This document shows, piece by piece, positions 48,190-58,700 of a DNA stretch of 64,000 bases. The notes beneath the pieces were generated by a model. That model did not search any database. It was not told where the DNA came from and saw only the letters and a list, made by a program, of their open reading frames with translations. The first letter of the stretch is position 1; every line of letters begins with the position of its first letter. The position numbers and the translations under genes are program-made. This stretch comes from Ostreococcus lucimarinus (Eukaryota), in the NCBI GenBank assembly GCA_000092065.1, contig CP000591.1, one strand, 5' to 3'.

Positions 48190-49977
48190 ATGGCGTCGCA
48201 AACGGGCGCGATCAAGCGACTCGCGAGCAAGGCGTTTCGAGGCGTGAACGTGGACGGATTCGCGTTCCAATCGCCCGACGTGCGATGCTACGTGCTGACG
48301 CACTTTCACGCGGATCATTACTGCGGCCTGAGCGGCTCGTTCGGTAAGGACGGCGATGAGGCGAAGATATACTGCTCTGAAATAACCGCGCGATTGGTGG
48401 TGGAATTCCTGGGCGTGAAGCGCGAGCGCGTGGTCGGGTGCGAGCTGGGACGGGGGACGACGCTGCGAGGCGCCGGGACGCGCGGGGACGACGTGGAGGC
48501 GACGTTCGTGGACGCGAATCATTGCCCGGGCGCGTGTTTGGTGTTTTTTAGAAATAAAATAACGGGGGAGACGCTGTTGCATACCGGAGATTTTCGAGCG
48601 GCGGCGCGCGTGCGGAACGATGGGACGCTGAGAGAGTTGTTGACGACGTGTCGGGACGGATCGGTGGATGAGGTGATGCTGGATACGACGTATTGCGAAA
48701 AGAAGTGGACGTTTCCCGATCAAGACGTGGTGCTGAATAAGATGAGACAGATCGCGCGGGATGAACTCGCGCGAGAACCGCGGACGCTGTTCTTGTGTGG
48801 GTCGTATTCGATCGGGAAGGAGCGGGCGATTCAAGCCGTGTGTCAGGGGGCGCAGAGTCGAGCGAGCGTCACGGCGAGACGAAAGAAATCGCTCGAATTG
48901 AGCGGGTGGTGGCGCGATGATGCGTTTGTGTGCGAAGACGATGACGCCGAAGAAGCCGCACGATGCCAAGTGCGCGTGTGTGGCCTCGGAAAAGGCTCAA
49001 ATCATCGCGCGATGATGGAAATTATGGCAAAGGAGGCACCGCGATGGCGCGCCGCCGTCGCGTTTTCGCCCACCGGCTGGAGTTATACGAAGAAAATGGA
49101 CGAAGACGGGTTTAACGTGAACCCCTGGATAGAAAACGAAGGACGCACGCGCACGTATGCGATTCCGTACAGCGAGCATTCGAGCTACACCGAGTTGCGG
49201 GAATTTATAAAATTCTTAAAGCCGAAGAAAATCACCCCGACGGTGAACGCGATCACGCCCAAGGATAGAGAAAAGTTGGTGAACAAACACTTTTTGGACT
49301 TGGTGGATTTGAAGCAGGACGTCAATAGGTTGGACTATTACTTCAAAAACAGCGCGTCGTCGATGTTGCGGGCGAAGAAGCAGAAAAAGACGGAGAATGT
49401 CGTCGTAATCATTGATAGCGAAGACGAACGAGACGACGACGTTAAAGTGGAGGCGGAAATCATCTCTGCTCTCGACGGGGACGTCGAAACCGTTCGAAGA
49501 CAGCGCGAGATGTGGAATCAAATAGGTCGCGTGGAGACAAAAAAGCCGCCGAAACCGCTGGAACCTTTCCCTCTCGAGTGCATCGCCGTCGTGCGAAACG
49601 GCGAGTACGACCAGTTTCGTTCTCGAGCGCACGTCGAACAACGACTCAAAGAGCTCGGCGCGACGATCATGTCCCGCGTGACGCCCAACGTCACGCACAT
49701 AATCGTTCCGAACCGAGGTGAGCTCGCGAACGAGGCCAATCGCCTGAGCGCGCTTCGCGAAATGGACGAGTACAAGAACCATCCCACTGCGCTTCGCGTC
49801 ACCGAGGCTTGGTTGATGCGCCACGTGCGCGCGCGCGCCAATGACGTCGCCCCCTCACACAGCGAGGCCGCCGTCGCCGCGTTCGAGGCGAAGAAGCGCG
49901 AAGAAAAACTCGCTCGCCTCGCCGACGCCAAGCGAAAGCGCGACGAGAAGAAGACATTAGCATTAGAAACGCGTTAG
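48190..49977 (+). CDS. SNM1/PSO2-family DNA cross-link repair nuclease (metallo-beta-lactamase plus beta-CASP) with a C-terminal BRCT-like domain
   Basis: LTHFHADHY, DANHCPG and YSEHSS motifs. The C-terminal ~90 aa (THIIVPNRG...ALRVTEAWLMRHV) look BRCT-like. Confidence 0.8.
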   Translation: MASQTGAIKRLASKAFRGVNVDGFAFQSPDVRCYVLTHFHADHYCGLSGSFGKDGDEAKIYCSEITARLVVEFLGVKRERVVGCELGRGTTLRGAGTRGDDVEATFVDANHCPGACLVFFRNKITGETLLHTGDFRAAARVRNDGTLRELLTTCRDGSVDEVMLDTTYCEKKWTFPDQDVVLNKMRQIARDELAREPRTLFLCGSYSIGKERAIQAVCQGAQSRASVTARRKKSLELSGWWRDDAFVCEDDDAEEAARCQVRVCGLGKGSNHRAMMEIMAKEAPRWRAAVAFSPTGWSYTKKMDEDGFNVNPWIENEGRTRTYAIPYSEHSSYTELREFIKFLKPKKITPTVNAITPKDREKLVNKHFLDLVDLKQDVNRLDYYFKNSASSMLRAKKQKKTENVVVIIDSEDERDDDVKVEAEIISALDGDVETVRRQREMWNQIGRVETKKPPKPLEPFPLECIAVVRNGEYDQFRSRAHVEQRLKELGATIMSRVTPNVTHIIVPNRGELANEANRLSALREMDEYKNHPTALRVTEAWLMRHVRARANDVAPSHSEAAVAAFEAKKREEKLARLADAKRKRDEKKTLALETR

Positions 49978-50058
49978 GACTGTTAAAACGTAGAGACATT
50001 CAACATTCGCTCGCTTGATTCATTTCCTTTTCCTTCACACCGCGGCGCGTCGCCCGAG

Positions 50059-51102
50059 ATGTCCGACGCCGAGCGCGCGGACGACGTGTCGAGCGATGCG
50101 TCGAGCGAGCTCGCGCGCCTTCGCGACGTTGCCGCGCGCGATGATTGGCTCGTCGAGGTCCCATCGTCGAGCTGTGCGTTGGAACGCTCGCTCGGCTGCG
50201 GATCGTCCGGTGAAGCGTTTCTGGCGTCCTGGCGCGGCGCGCGCGTGGTGGTGAAGACCATGAAACTATTACACGACGATGACGCCGCGAGAAGGGCGCT
50301 GGCGCGAAGAGCGTTCGTGAGAGAGTGCGAAATCATGGCGAGGCTGAGACACCCAAACGTGTTGGCGTTTTACGGGGCGAACGCGAACGGGAGAGACGCG
50401 AGCGTGGTGTGCGAGTACGCCCCGGGCGGGACGCTGAAGCAGTGGTTGCACGAAAATAAAGGGAAGAAACGGTCGCTAAGCGCGCGGTTGGGGATGGCGT
50501 TGGATATCGCGAGAGCGTTCGCGTATTTGGAGTCGCGAACGCCTCGCGTGATGCATCGAGATTTGAAACCGAGCAACGTGTTCGTGAGCGTCGATGGACG
50601 AGCGCTCGTGGCGGATTTCGGGTTGGCACGATTTGTTGCGCCAAGAGGAGAAGATCTCACAGGAGAGACCGGGACGTACATATACATGGCGCCGGAGGTG
50701 ATTAAGAGTCAACATTACGACGAACGCGCTGACGTGTTCTCGTATGGGATTTTACTTTACGAGCTGGTCACGGGAATAGAACCGTACCAACCGCATCATT
50801 TCACGGGGATTCAAATCGCAACGGCCGTCGCAGATCGCGCGTTTCGGCCGAAGATTCCGGATTCCACGCACGCCGGATTAACAGCCATCATTGAGATGTG
50901 TTGGCAACAAGACGCAAGCAATCGGCCGTCATTCGAACGTGTTCGTGAATCGATGGAAACCATGGTTCCGGACATTCTCAAAGAGGAAGAGACAAAACTC
51001 GCAGAACAACGTGAGAATCCAAGTTTTCAAGCGAAGACGCTCCAAAATTTATCGAGTACGCTCGCCGATTGGTCGAAAAAGATGTCCGATTTAGCTTCGT
51101 AG
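50059..51102 (+). CDS. Protein kinase (TKL-like Ser/Thr kinase)
   Basis: GCGSSGEAFLASWRGARVVVK (G-loop and VAVK lysine), HRDLKPSNVFV, DFGLAR and YMAPEV. Confidence 0.85.
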   Translation: MSDAERADDVSSDASSELARLRDVAARDDWLVEVPSSSCALERSLGCGSSGEAFLASWRGARVVVKTMKLLHDDDAARRALARRAFVRECEIMARLRHPNVLAFYGANANGRDASVVCEYAPGGTLKQWLHENKGKKRSLSARLGMALDIARAFAYLESRTPRVMHRDLKPSNVFVSVDGRALVADFGLARFVAPRGEDLTGETGTYIYMAPEVIKSQHYDERADVFSYGILLYELVTGIEPYQPHHFTGIQIATAVADRAFRPKIPDSTHAGLTAIIEMCWQQDASNRPSFERVRESMETMVPDILKEEETKLAEQRENPSFQAKTLQNLSSTLADWSKKMSDLAS

Positions 51103-51167
51103 CGCGATTAACAAAGTTTGGTTTCCACACAAAACCACTTCCCTGCGCGCGTCAAACAGCGACGGAC

Positions 51168-52148
51168 ATGCGTCGTCGACACAAACGTATAATATCCCAT
51201 GTGATTGCGACACTCATGCTTAATTGTAGGGGAACGGTGCTCGCCGCGGACGTTCGACCTCGAGACGAAACCGACGCCATCGTCGGTGCGCGAGGCGCAA
51301 TGTCGAGCCGCATCATAGGTGGAGTCATACCTGACTCTCCGTTATCAAAATACGCGCATGTTGTGGCTATTTTTGTTCAATCTGGGATGAGCGAGTACTT
51401 TCGTTGCGGTGGAACGCTCATCTCCAACGTGCACGTCATGTCTGCCGCGCACTGTTTCTTTGACCGCGCCGGCGTGTCGAACGTTGGAGCGTATTCATCG
51501 GTGGTCGTCAGATTCGGCGCACACGCCGACGTGAATGCGGGTGCGATGACGGCGAGCGTTGTCCGCATAGATGGACATCCTGAGTTCAGTGATATTACCT
51601 GGGACAACGACGTTTCAGTCCTCACGCTTTCGTCTCCCGTCGACGTCGCATCGTACCCGCCCGTTGTACTAGCTTGGAATCCGGCCGACATCAACGTCGG
51701 CCAGATCGCACACGTCGTCGGTTGGGGCACTCGAGACGATAACATGTTAAGCAAAGTGATGATGGAAGGTACGGTGCCCATTGTGTCACACGCGCAGTGC
51801 ACCGCCGCCGGCAGTTACGCCCCGAGTGAAATTCTGCCTTCGATGGTCTGCGCCGGTTACGCCCAAGGCGGCGTCGACGCGTGCCAGGGAGATTCCGGCG
51901 GTCCGTTGATTCAGAATTCAAAGCAAATCGGGATCGTCAGTTGGGGCGAAGGATGCGCGCTCCCACAAAAGTACGGCGTGTACTTCGCCGTGCGCGCCGC
52001 GCAAGGCTTTCTGGCTCTCGCCACGGATTCGTCGGTGTATCAATTTTCGCCTTCCGACGACCAAGCATCGCCGCCGCCATCGCCGACGCCGACGCCGACC
52101 CCGCAATTTCCCATTTTCAGTGGACTCTTCGCCTGGCTCTCGGCGTGA
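51168..52148 (+). CDS. Trypsin-like (S1) serine protease, secreted
   Basis: IIGG activation site, catalytic His in SAAHCF, Asp in DNDVSVLTL and Ser in CQGDSGGPL. Signal peptide, Pro/Thr-rich and hydrophobic C-terminus. The first ATG is at 51168. Confidence 0.8.
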   Translation: MRRRHKRIISHVIATLMLNCRGTVLAADVRPRDETDAIVGARGAMSSRIIGGVIPDSPLSKYAHVVAIFVQSGMSEYFRCGGTLISNVHVMSAAHCFFDRAGVSNVGAYSSVVVRFGAHADVNAGAMTASVVRIDGHPEFSDITWDNDVSVLTLSSPVDVASYPPVVLAWNPADINVGQIAHVVGWGTRDDNMLSKVMMEGTVPIVSHAQCTAAGSYAPSEILPSMVCAGYAQGGVDACQGDSGGPLIQNSKQIGIVSWGEGCALPQKYGVYFAVRAAQGFLALATDSSVYQFSPSDDQASPPPSPTPTPTPQFPIFSGLFAWLSA

Positions 52149-52444
52149 ATAACTAAACTAGAGAAATAATTTTGTCGTCGCGTCGCCACCGCTGGGCGGC
52201 GCACCGCGCCACCGCTGGGCGCTGGTCCGCCCGCGCGTCACCGCACACCCCGACGCTCGCGTCGACCGCCCGTCCACGGATCGCCGGTCGGTACATGCGC
52301 GTCGCCCGCGCCGTCGCTCGCATCAGCGTCGTCGTACGCCCCCCCGCGCGACAAACAGCGCGACGACACGCGGTGCCCGCGACTCGTCCACGCGCGACGA
52401 ATTTCTTCTTCAACGCCTCGCGAGGCGTCGCCGCGAGCGCCGCG

Positions 52445-52802
52445 ATGGGGAACGACGACGTCACGGTGACGTTTAGTCACAACTGAGGTGCGTCGGCGCG
52501 TCACGACGGACGAAGGCTCGAGACGAGGGGAAAGATGGGCGACGCGTGGGTTTTGAGACTGACTGAACGACGCTCGACGCGCAGACGGAGGGATGCAAGA
52601 ATTCGAAGCCGCGAAGTCGGCGATTCTTAAGGTGAAACCCAGCGCGAATGTGATCGCGAATCGCGTGGACGCGTATCCGATCACCGTCAGGGTAAGCGTG
52701 GGCGAACGCGAAGTGTGGAGCGGGAGACAACAGCTGTTGTTCCGGAAAAATGGAAGACCGGCGATGAAGGATATCGAGGAAGCGATGCGAAAGCTCGGTT
52801 GA
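52445..52802 (+). CDS. Candidate SelW/Rdx-like selenoprotein: exon 1 52445-52487 containing an in-frame TGA (52484-52486), a 97-nt intron 52488-52584, and exon 2 52585-52802
   Basis: Spliced product MGNDDVTVTFSHN-U-DGGMQEFEAAKSAILKVKPSANVIANRVDAYPITVRVSVGEREVWSGRQQLLFRKNGRPAMKDIEEAMRKLG is 86 aa, matching SelW in length and rough pattern (VxVxF..xU near the N-terminus; xxVxVxGxxVxS...G.P C-terminal half). The intron has a GTGCGT donor, a CTGAC branch 21 nt before a CAG acceptor, the same signals as the DJ-1 intron. The track sees only exon 2 as ORF 52593..52802. Confidence 0.45.
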
Positions 52803-52860
52803 TGCCGGGATGAGATTCCGCGAGATAGGTGTGAAGGCGGCGCGCGACGGGGCGAAGGTG

Positions 52861-52913
52861 ATGACGAAGGATTCAACAAACTTGCTCTACGAGCGGGGAG
52901 AATTCTTTTGATG
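52861..52913 (+). promoter_or_regulatory. SECIS-like element candidate in the 3' UTR of the putative selenoprotein
   Basis: ATGA-c-GAAGGATT-caacAAA-cttgctc-tac-gagcggg-gag-AATTCTTT-t-GA-tg. A 5' ATGA and a 3' GA flank an 8-bp helix (2 G-U pairs), an unpaired AAA, and a distal 7-bp mini-helix: a Form-2-like layout. Folded by eye only. Confidence 0.3.
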
Positions 52914-53151
52914 ATGCTCGTTTCTTCGCGCGATACCGCGCTTTGCGTCTGGTTATGATTTTTACTGTACCGGTACTATTGTAAGAGTACTCCGTTAGAC
53001 CATATTTATTACTCAACGATGAAGCGTTATACCGAGACGCTCGCGCGGTGCCTTCTCGAACGAAAACACGCGCATCGCGGCTACGAAGAATGTGAATAAT
53101 GCCAAATGTACGACATCGGTATTAAAAAATCGCTCTAACGCGCGCTCGCAC

Positions 53152-54389
53152 TTACACTCCCGTTACCTTGCCCTGAATGGAGTCTTCATCGGGCAAATCC
53201 TCGAACAGCTTCATCCAGTTCGGAATCCCAGCTCCAGACTTCCAAATCGTACCGTTCTTCGCCACGCCGAAGAAGACGTCGCGAACCGTTGGATCAAAAC
53301 CGGACGATTCGATTTGATTGATGATCCAGCGCTTCCAAGCTCCATTGTCCACAGGCATGAGCTTCAGCTTCTTGTCACCGCCGAGCAGCGCAGCCGCCGC
53401 ACTAGCGGTGAGCTCGGTGGTCTTTGAAGTCTTCGCTTTGCGTCTTCGCTGACCAAACGGCAACTCGTCTCCGGATTCTTCGCCGCTCTCGTCCATGGCC
53501 ACCGGTAAGATGACAATCTTATTCTTCGTCAACTTTTCCTTGAACCTCTCCAAACTTTCGAGGGTTTTTGTGATATGCTCTTCGCTCCCCGCGACGATGA
53601 AGACGCGATACGATCCGCGCAAGCGCGAAAACAACACATTCTTATCGCCGTCGCCGAGCGTCACGCCCAAGCGCCCCAACTCTTCCTCGCGCTCAACTTT
53701 CTGAATGATTTTCTCGCGCCCTTGAAGTTCACCGCGCAATAACACCGAGAACGCGAGGAGCCCGACGGTATTGATTCCTAAATTCGTCACCGTCTCGGTC
53801 AAATCGGGCGCGCCCTCGCCCCCCTGCACCGCCTTGATCAGACGCGTGCCGATGATGAACAAACCCAAACCCGCCCCCGCGGCTAATCCTCCGAATAAAT
53901 AAAGCTTGAAGAATCGAAACGGTTCTTGCGCCTCCGCGCGCAAATTCACCATCGTCGACGCGCCTCGACCTCCCTTCACCGCCGCCGCGACTTCTCCGTA
54001 CTGCGTCGACGCTCGAAACGCGTCCAAATCCGGGTCGCTCGTCAGCACCTTGAACTTCAAATTATGCACGTTCACCGCCGCGATGAGATCGTCCTTCGCC
54101 TCGTCGTACATGTTCATCTTGACGTATCCACACGCTCGATTATAACTCGCCGCCCTGGCCTCGTCTTCGTTCGGTTTCATCTCCAGCGCTCGCGTGAACG
54201 CCCGCGTCGCCGCCTCGTGTTCGCCCCTCTCGAACAATCGCAGTCCCTCGTTCACCGCCGTCGCCGCGTCCGCGTACGACGCGCGCGTCGTCGTCGACGA
54301 CGATTCGTCCGACGCGCGCGTTCGAGTCGCCGTTCGCACGCTCCCCGCGCGTCGTCGTCGCCTCGCGCCCGCGTCGTCCATCGTCGTCG

Positions 54390-54422
<33 letters not shown>

Positions 54423-54531
54423 CGCGCGTCGCGCCGGCGCGTCCCGCGTCGCGCGACGTCGCGCGCGCGCGTCGCCCCGCGCGCGTCGCGACGACCCGCG
54501 GCGCGCTCGCGCGGACGCGCGCCGTCGACAT
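53152..54531 (-). CDS. LPA1-like protein (N-terminal TPR plus DUF3493-type two-TM region), plastid-targeted-looking
   Basis: Transit-peptide-like N-terminus with poly-Thr. TPR region EGLRLFERGEHEAATRAFTRALEMKPNEDEARAASYNRACGYVKMNMYDEA. Hydrophobic segments FKLYLFGGLAAGAGLGLFIIG and NTVGLLAFSVLL. First ATG at 54529-54531. Confidence 0.45.
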
Positions 54532-54717
54532 CGCGCGATGGGCGACGCGATAAGGCGCGGTGTGACGCCGAGGACGGCGATTTCGTCTTCGTATGGGCAA
54601 ACAGTGTGATTCCTAAACCCCAGGACGGACGCGACGTCCGGACGCGCCGTCGCCGACCGCGCGCGACGCGCCGCAGGTGGCGACGCGCGCGAACGCGTCG
54701 GCGCGAGAAAGCGCGCG

Positions 54718-55692
54718 ATGGCGGCGCGAGCGACGCGCGCGCGACCGGGACGCGCGGTCGAGCGCGCGAGACGCGACGACGCGCGGAAAGGATGGCGAGG
54801 CAGAGGACGCGCGCGGGGCGCGACGAGGACGAAGACGACGACGACGACGACGACGACGGAGACGAGCGAGGAAGAGGAAGCGACGTGGACGCGAGCGAAA
54901 ATCGCGGTGCGACGACGGATCGAGGGCGGGGACGAAGACGTGTACGCGAACGCGCTGGCGAGCGAGGAGGCGACGACGCGGGACGACGACGAGACGCGAG
55001 CGACGACGTCGACGTCGAGCGCGACGCACGCGATGGATGTGTTGGCGTTCAGACGTCTGAGCGCGATGATGAATACGTTTGAGAAGAATGTGGAGACGCA
55101 CGGGATCGCGAGACAGGTGGTGGTGATCACGGCTGGGGCGGATACGCGGGCGTTTCGATTGCCGTTTCCGAGCGGAACGGCGATTTTCGAGTGCGCGGAC
55201 GGGACGGTGCACACGAAAGCGGCAGCCGTGATGAAGAAAGTTGGGGCGAAACCTTCGAAGGGGTGCTCGCACAGGCGCGTGCCGGTGGATGCGACCGCGA
55301 CAGACGCGGCTTATGGTGATTTAGAGGAACGTTTGGAACGCGCGGGATACCGCCCAGACGTGCGCTCGTTGTGGTTGGTGCAAGACGTACACGCGTGGGA
55401 TCACTCGCGGTTGTCGAATTTCATCACCGAAAGTGCGGATTTGATGACAACCGGGAGCGAACTCATCATAGACGCCAGCGCGTTGACGTCGACGGACGAC
55501 ATCATTCGTCGAGAATTTGCGTCAAACGGCGTCATGCCCGAAGTCGTGCGCATCCCCGCCGACGAAGGTCGAGAGCCCATTCGTTTAGTCTTAGGATGCG
55601 CCCAGCGAGTGTCGCTGAAGGAGTCGGAGTATTATCGTGAGCAATTGCGCGCCGCCGAGGACGAGGCTGACGAAGACGGCTTTGAGGACTGA
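54718..55692 (+). CDS. LCM-type (leucine carboxyl methyltransferase-like) SAM-dependent methyltransferase
   Basis: QVVVITAGADTRAFRLPFP matches the LCM family VVxLGAGxDTRxxRL motif. N-terminal presequence with poly-Thr. Confidence 0.5.
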   Translation: MAARATRARPGRAVERARRDDARKGWRGRGRARGATRTKTTTTTTTTETSEEEEATWTRAKIAVRRRIEGGDEDVYANALASEEATTRDDDETRATTSTSSATHAMDVLAFRRLSAMMNTFEKNVETHGIARQVVVITAGADTRAFRLPFPSGTAIFECADGTVHTKAAAVMKKVGAKPSKGCSHRRVPVDATATDAAYGDLEERLERAGYRPDVRSLWLVQDVHAWDHSRLSNFITESADLMTTGSELIIDASALTSTDDIIRREFASNGVMPEVVRIPADEGREPIRLVLGCAQRVSLKESEYYREQLRAAEDEADEDGFED

Positions 55693-55735
55693 TCAGCTTT
55701 TCACGAGCTTCATTAATGTACAACACGAAATTTGA

Positions 55736-58700
55736 TTACAACTTTGACTTCTTCCCGTCCTTTTCCTTCTTCTCCTTCTTCTCTTTCTTCTCTTTCTTCG
55801 CCTTCTTCGCCTTCTTCTCTTTCTTAAATTCATGCGTTTTACGCTTTTTGTCTTTCACCTCAGCCTCTGGCGCGTCTTCGTCCGCTTCGGAATCCTCGAA
55901 GACCACTTTTTTGCCTTGCGAGTCGCCGCCGCCTTGCTCCATCCAATCGATCGCCGTGTGATCGCTCGTGGAGTCGAGTGGTGAACTTATAGCTTCAGTT
56001 TCGATCAAATCATCTAGCCCTCTCGGATCAGATGCATTTTGAGCGCCGATACCCTTCTCCCGAAGCACTCGAAGCGTCTTTTGCATGTCAAATTCAGCTT
56101 CTCGTTGCGCTTTGCGCGCGGGCTGCAGCGCGAGCGGACTGTGCATCTCTTTCGCCTTTTCGCGCGATCCAACCACCATTCGTGATGAACGACTGAGCAT
56201 TTTTTGCTCAAATATCGGTAGAGCAAAGTCAAATCCAGAGTTTGGGCCGTGCTTTCGTACTCCATCAACCAAGGTGTCGGCAAGAAGGACGGCGTCACTC
56301 ATGGCTTGATTCGCACCTTGCGCCTTGAATGGAGTCATCGGGTGAGCGGCGTCACCAATCAACGTGACGCGACGCTTTGATTCATCAGTAGGGCGGAGTA
56401 ATACCGGATCGAGCAATTCCCTGTCGTACACTGGGTAGCCCGACATACAATCCAGCGGCGTGTTGCGAAGCAAATCTGGAACAGGGTCATGCCACTGCGC
56501 ACAACGCCGAACTATTTCCTCCTTTAGCGTCGTCGCATCTTTCGTGTATTGACGCGCTGTTTCTTCAGAGCATGGAAAAGATAGCTGCCACATAGTCGAA
56601 GTAGTCGTGAAGGGCATGGCATACAACCGTGTGGCGCCGTCGACCGTCTCAAAAATACGTCGATGCGCGAGCGGTACGTTCATTATCTTCTCATCCACGA
56701 TTCCTAGCACGACACACAATCCAACATAGTTCAGACGATCTCCTGGGAGGTCTAAATGACGTCGCACGGTTGAGAATATCCCGTCCGACCCCACGAGTAG
56801 AGCTCCATCGAGCTCGGTACCATCCGTGGACGCGACGGAGACTCCATTTTCGCGAGCCACAAAGCTCTTGAGCTTGCTATTCCAGCGAATAGTTCCCGGT
56901 TGCACAGCTTCGATGATGCGAGATCGAAGCACTTGACGGGGTATATGAATGAATCGTCCAGAATTTTGCACCTCGCGACGTTCACGCGACTTTGCTCCAA
57001 AAGCCTCTCCGAAAAATCCAATAATGTGCCCCTCTGCGTCAAAGGTGTAATGTGACGTCGAAGGAGCATCGTCTTGAGATATGTCAACGCCCATGGCTTG
57101 TATAGCGTCTTGGGCTTGCACAGTGAGCCCATATCCTTGAGCGCGCGCGTCAAAGCTTTCATCTGACTCCAACACGATGACATCGAATCCTTTGCTCTGC
57201 AATGCCACGGCTGCCGCCGCGCCTCCTATGCCCCCACCAGCGATTATAACTCGTCCACATTTCGAAACGTCGACGGGAGGACCGTATTTTTCATTGTTCG
57301 CGCCGTGTCGTTGCTGCTTGAGATGCTTCACCACACTATGCTGTCCAGCCGTCGTAAACGCCCACTCCAAATTGTTCAACTCTTCATCACTGAACTCATC
57401 CATGAGTCTCTTCACTGATCGAGCCAGCGCGGTAAACAACGCATCGTTTACTTGTCCGGAGTTTGCAAACGTCCAAGCGACGTTAACCAGATCTTGAGCG
57501 TTGAAATTATCCGCTTGGTGCTCGGCCGCGGATGCCAATGCGACAAAGAGAGCCTCGCTGAGTTGGCTTGCTTGGTCAAACGTCCAAACTATGTTGGCGA
57601 TATTCGGCGCATCTAAATCGTTCAGTCGATGATCCAATATCGATTTTCGCGCTGCAACAAAAAGTTTGGCATCATATCGACCGAGTTTTGCAAACGCCCA
57701 CGTGGTATTCACGAGGTCTTGGGTGTTGAAATCAGCCAAGCACCGTTCTGACAGGCTCGCCAACGAAGTGAATAACTTTTCGTCGTGATGACACGCCTTC
57801 CCGAAAGCCCAGGCGGTATTGGCAATATCCTGAGAATTAAACTCACTCGCATTCGCGGTCATTCTGCGCTCGATAGAACGACCGAACTTGGAAAAAAGTT
57901 CGGCGTCCAGATGCCCACATTTGGAAAAAGACCAAACCGTGTTCGTCAAGCCTTGCGCGTTCAAGGCGCTCAGGTGCCGCTCTGCGTGCTTGGCGAGCGT
58001 CGTAAACAATTTTGCGTCGTATTGTCCCGCCTTAGCGAACGCGTAGATGAGATTTGAAAAGTCTTGCGCGTTGAAATCATCCAAGCGTTCTTGCGCCTTC
58101 TGCGACATTGCGCGAAACAAACCAACGTCGACAAAGCCCGACTTTGCGAACCCCCAAGCCGTGTTCGACAAACCTTGCGTGTTGAACTCCCCCAAACGTC
58201 TCTCCACACACCGCGCCAGAGCTTTAAACAGCCTCGCGTCGGCGTGTCCCACCGAGGCGAACGCCCAGCAAGTATTCGTGAGCTCTTGCGAATTAAATCG
58301 CTCCGCGTGTCGCTCCGCCATCCTCGCCAACGCGCTAAACAATCGTTCACACTTGTAATCCGCCTTGGCGAACGCCCACGCAATGTTCGCCAACTCTTGC
58401 CCTCGATCGATCCCTCCCAAGTGTCGCTCTATCGCCTTCGCGAGCGCGGCGAACAACTCCTCGCTCCCTCCTCCCTTGGCCGCGCCGTGCGCCACGTTCG
58501 CCAGCTCCCGTCCCCCCATCTTCGATCGCTCATCCCTCACGAATTCGATCGTGTGCGCGATCAATCGTTCGTGCGCATCATTCATCCCGTCCCCATCGCT
58601 CGAGCTCGCCCGTTCACCGTCGCATCGCATCCGTCCGACGCTCGTCCACACCGCCGACAGGTGAATGTGATTCATCCGTCCCGCGCTCTCGTCTCGCAGC

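Noticed and set aside
52238-52879. Minus-strand 213-aa ORF overlapping the candidate selenoprotein locus
   Set aside because: Low-complexity Ser/Arg/Pro-rich translation with no recognisable domain. The plus-strand spliced Rdx-like reading explains the locus better.
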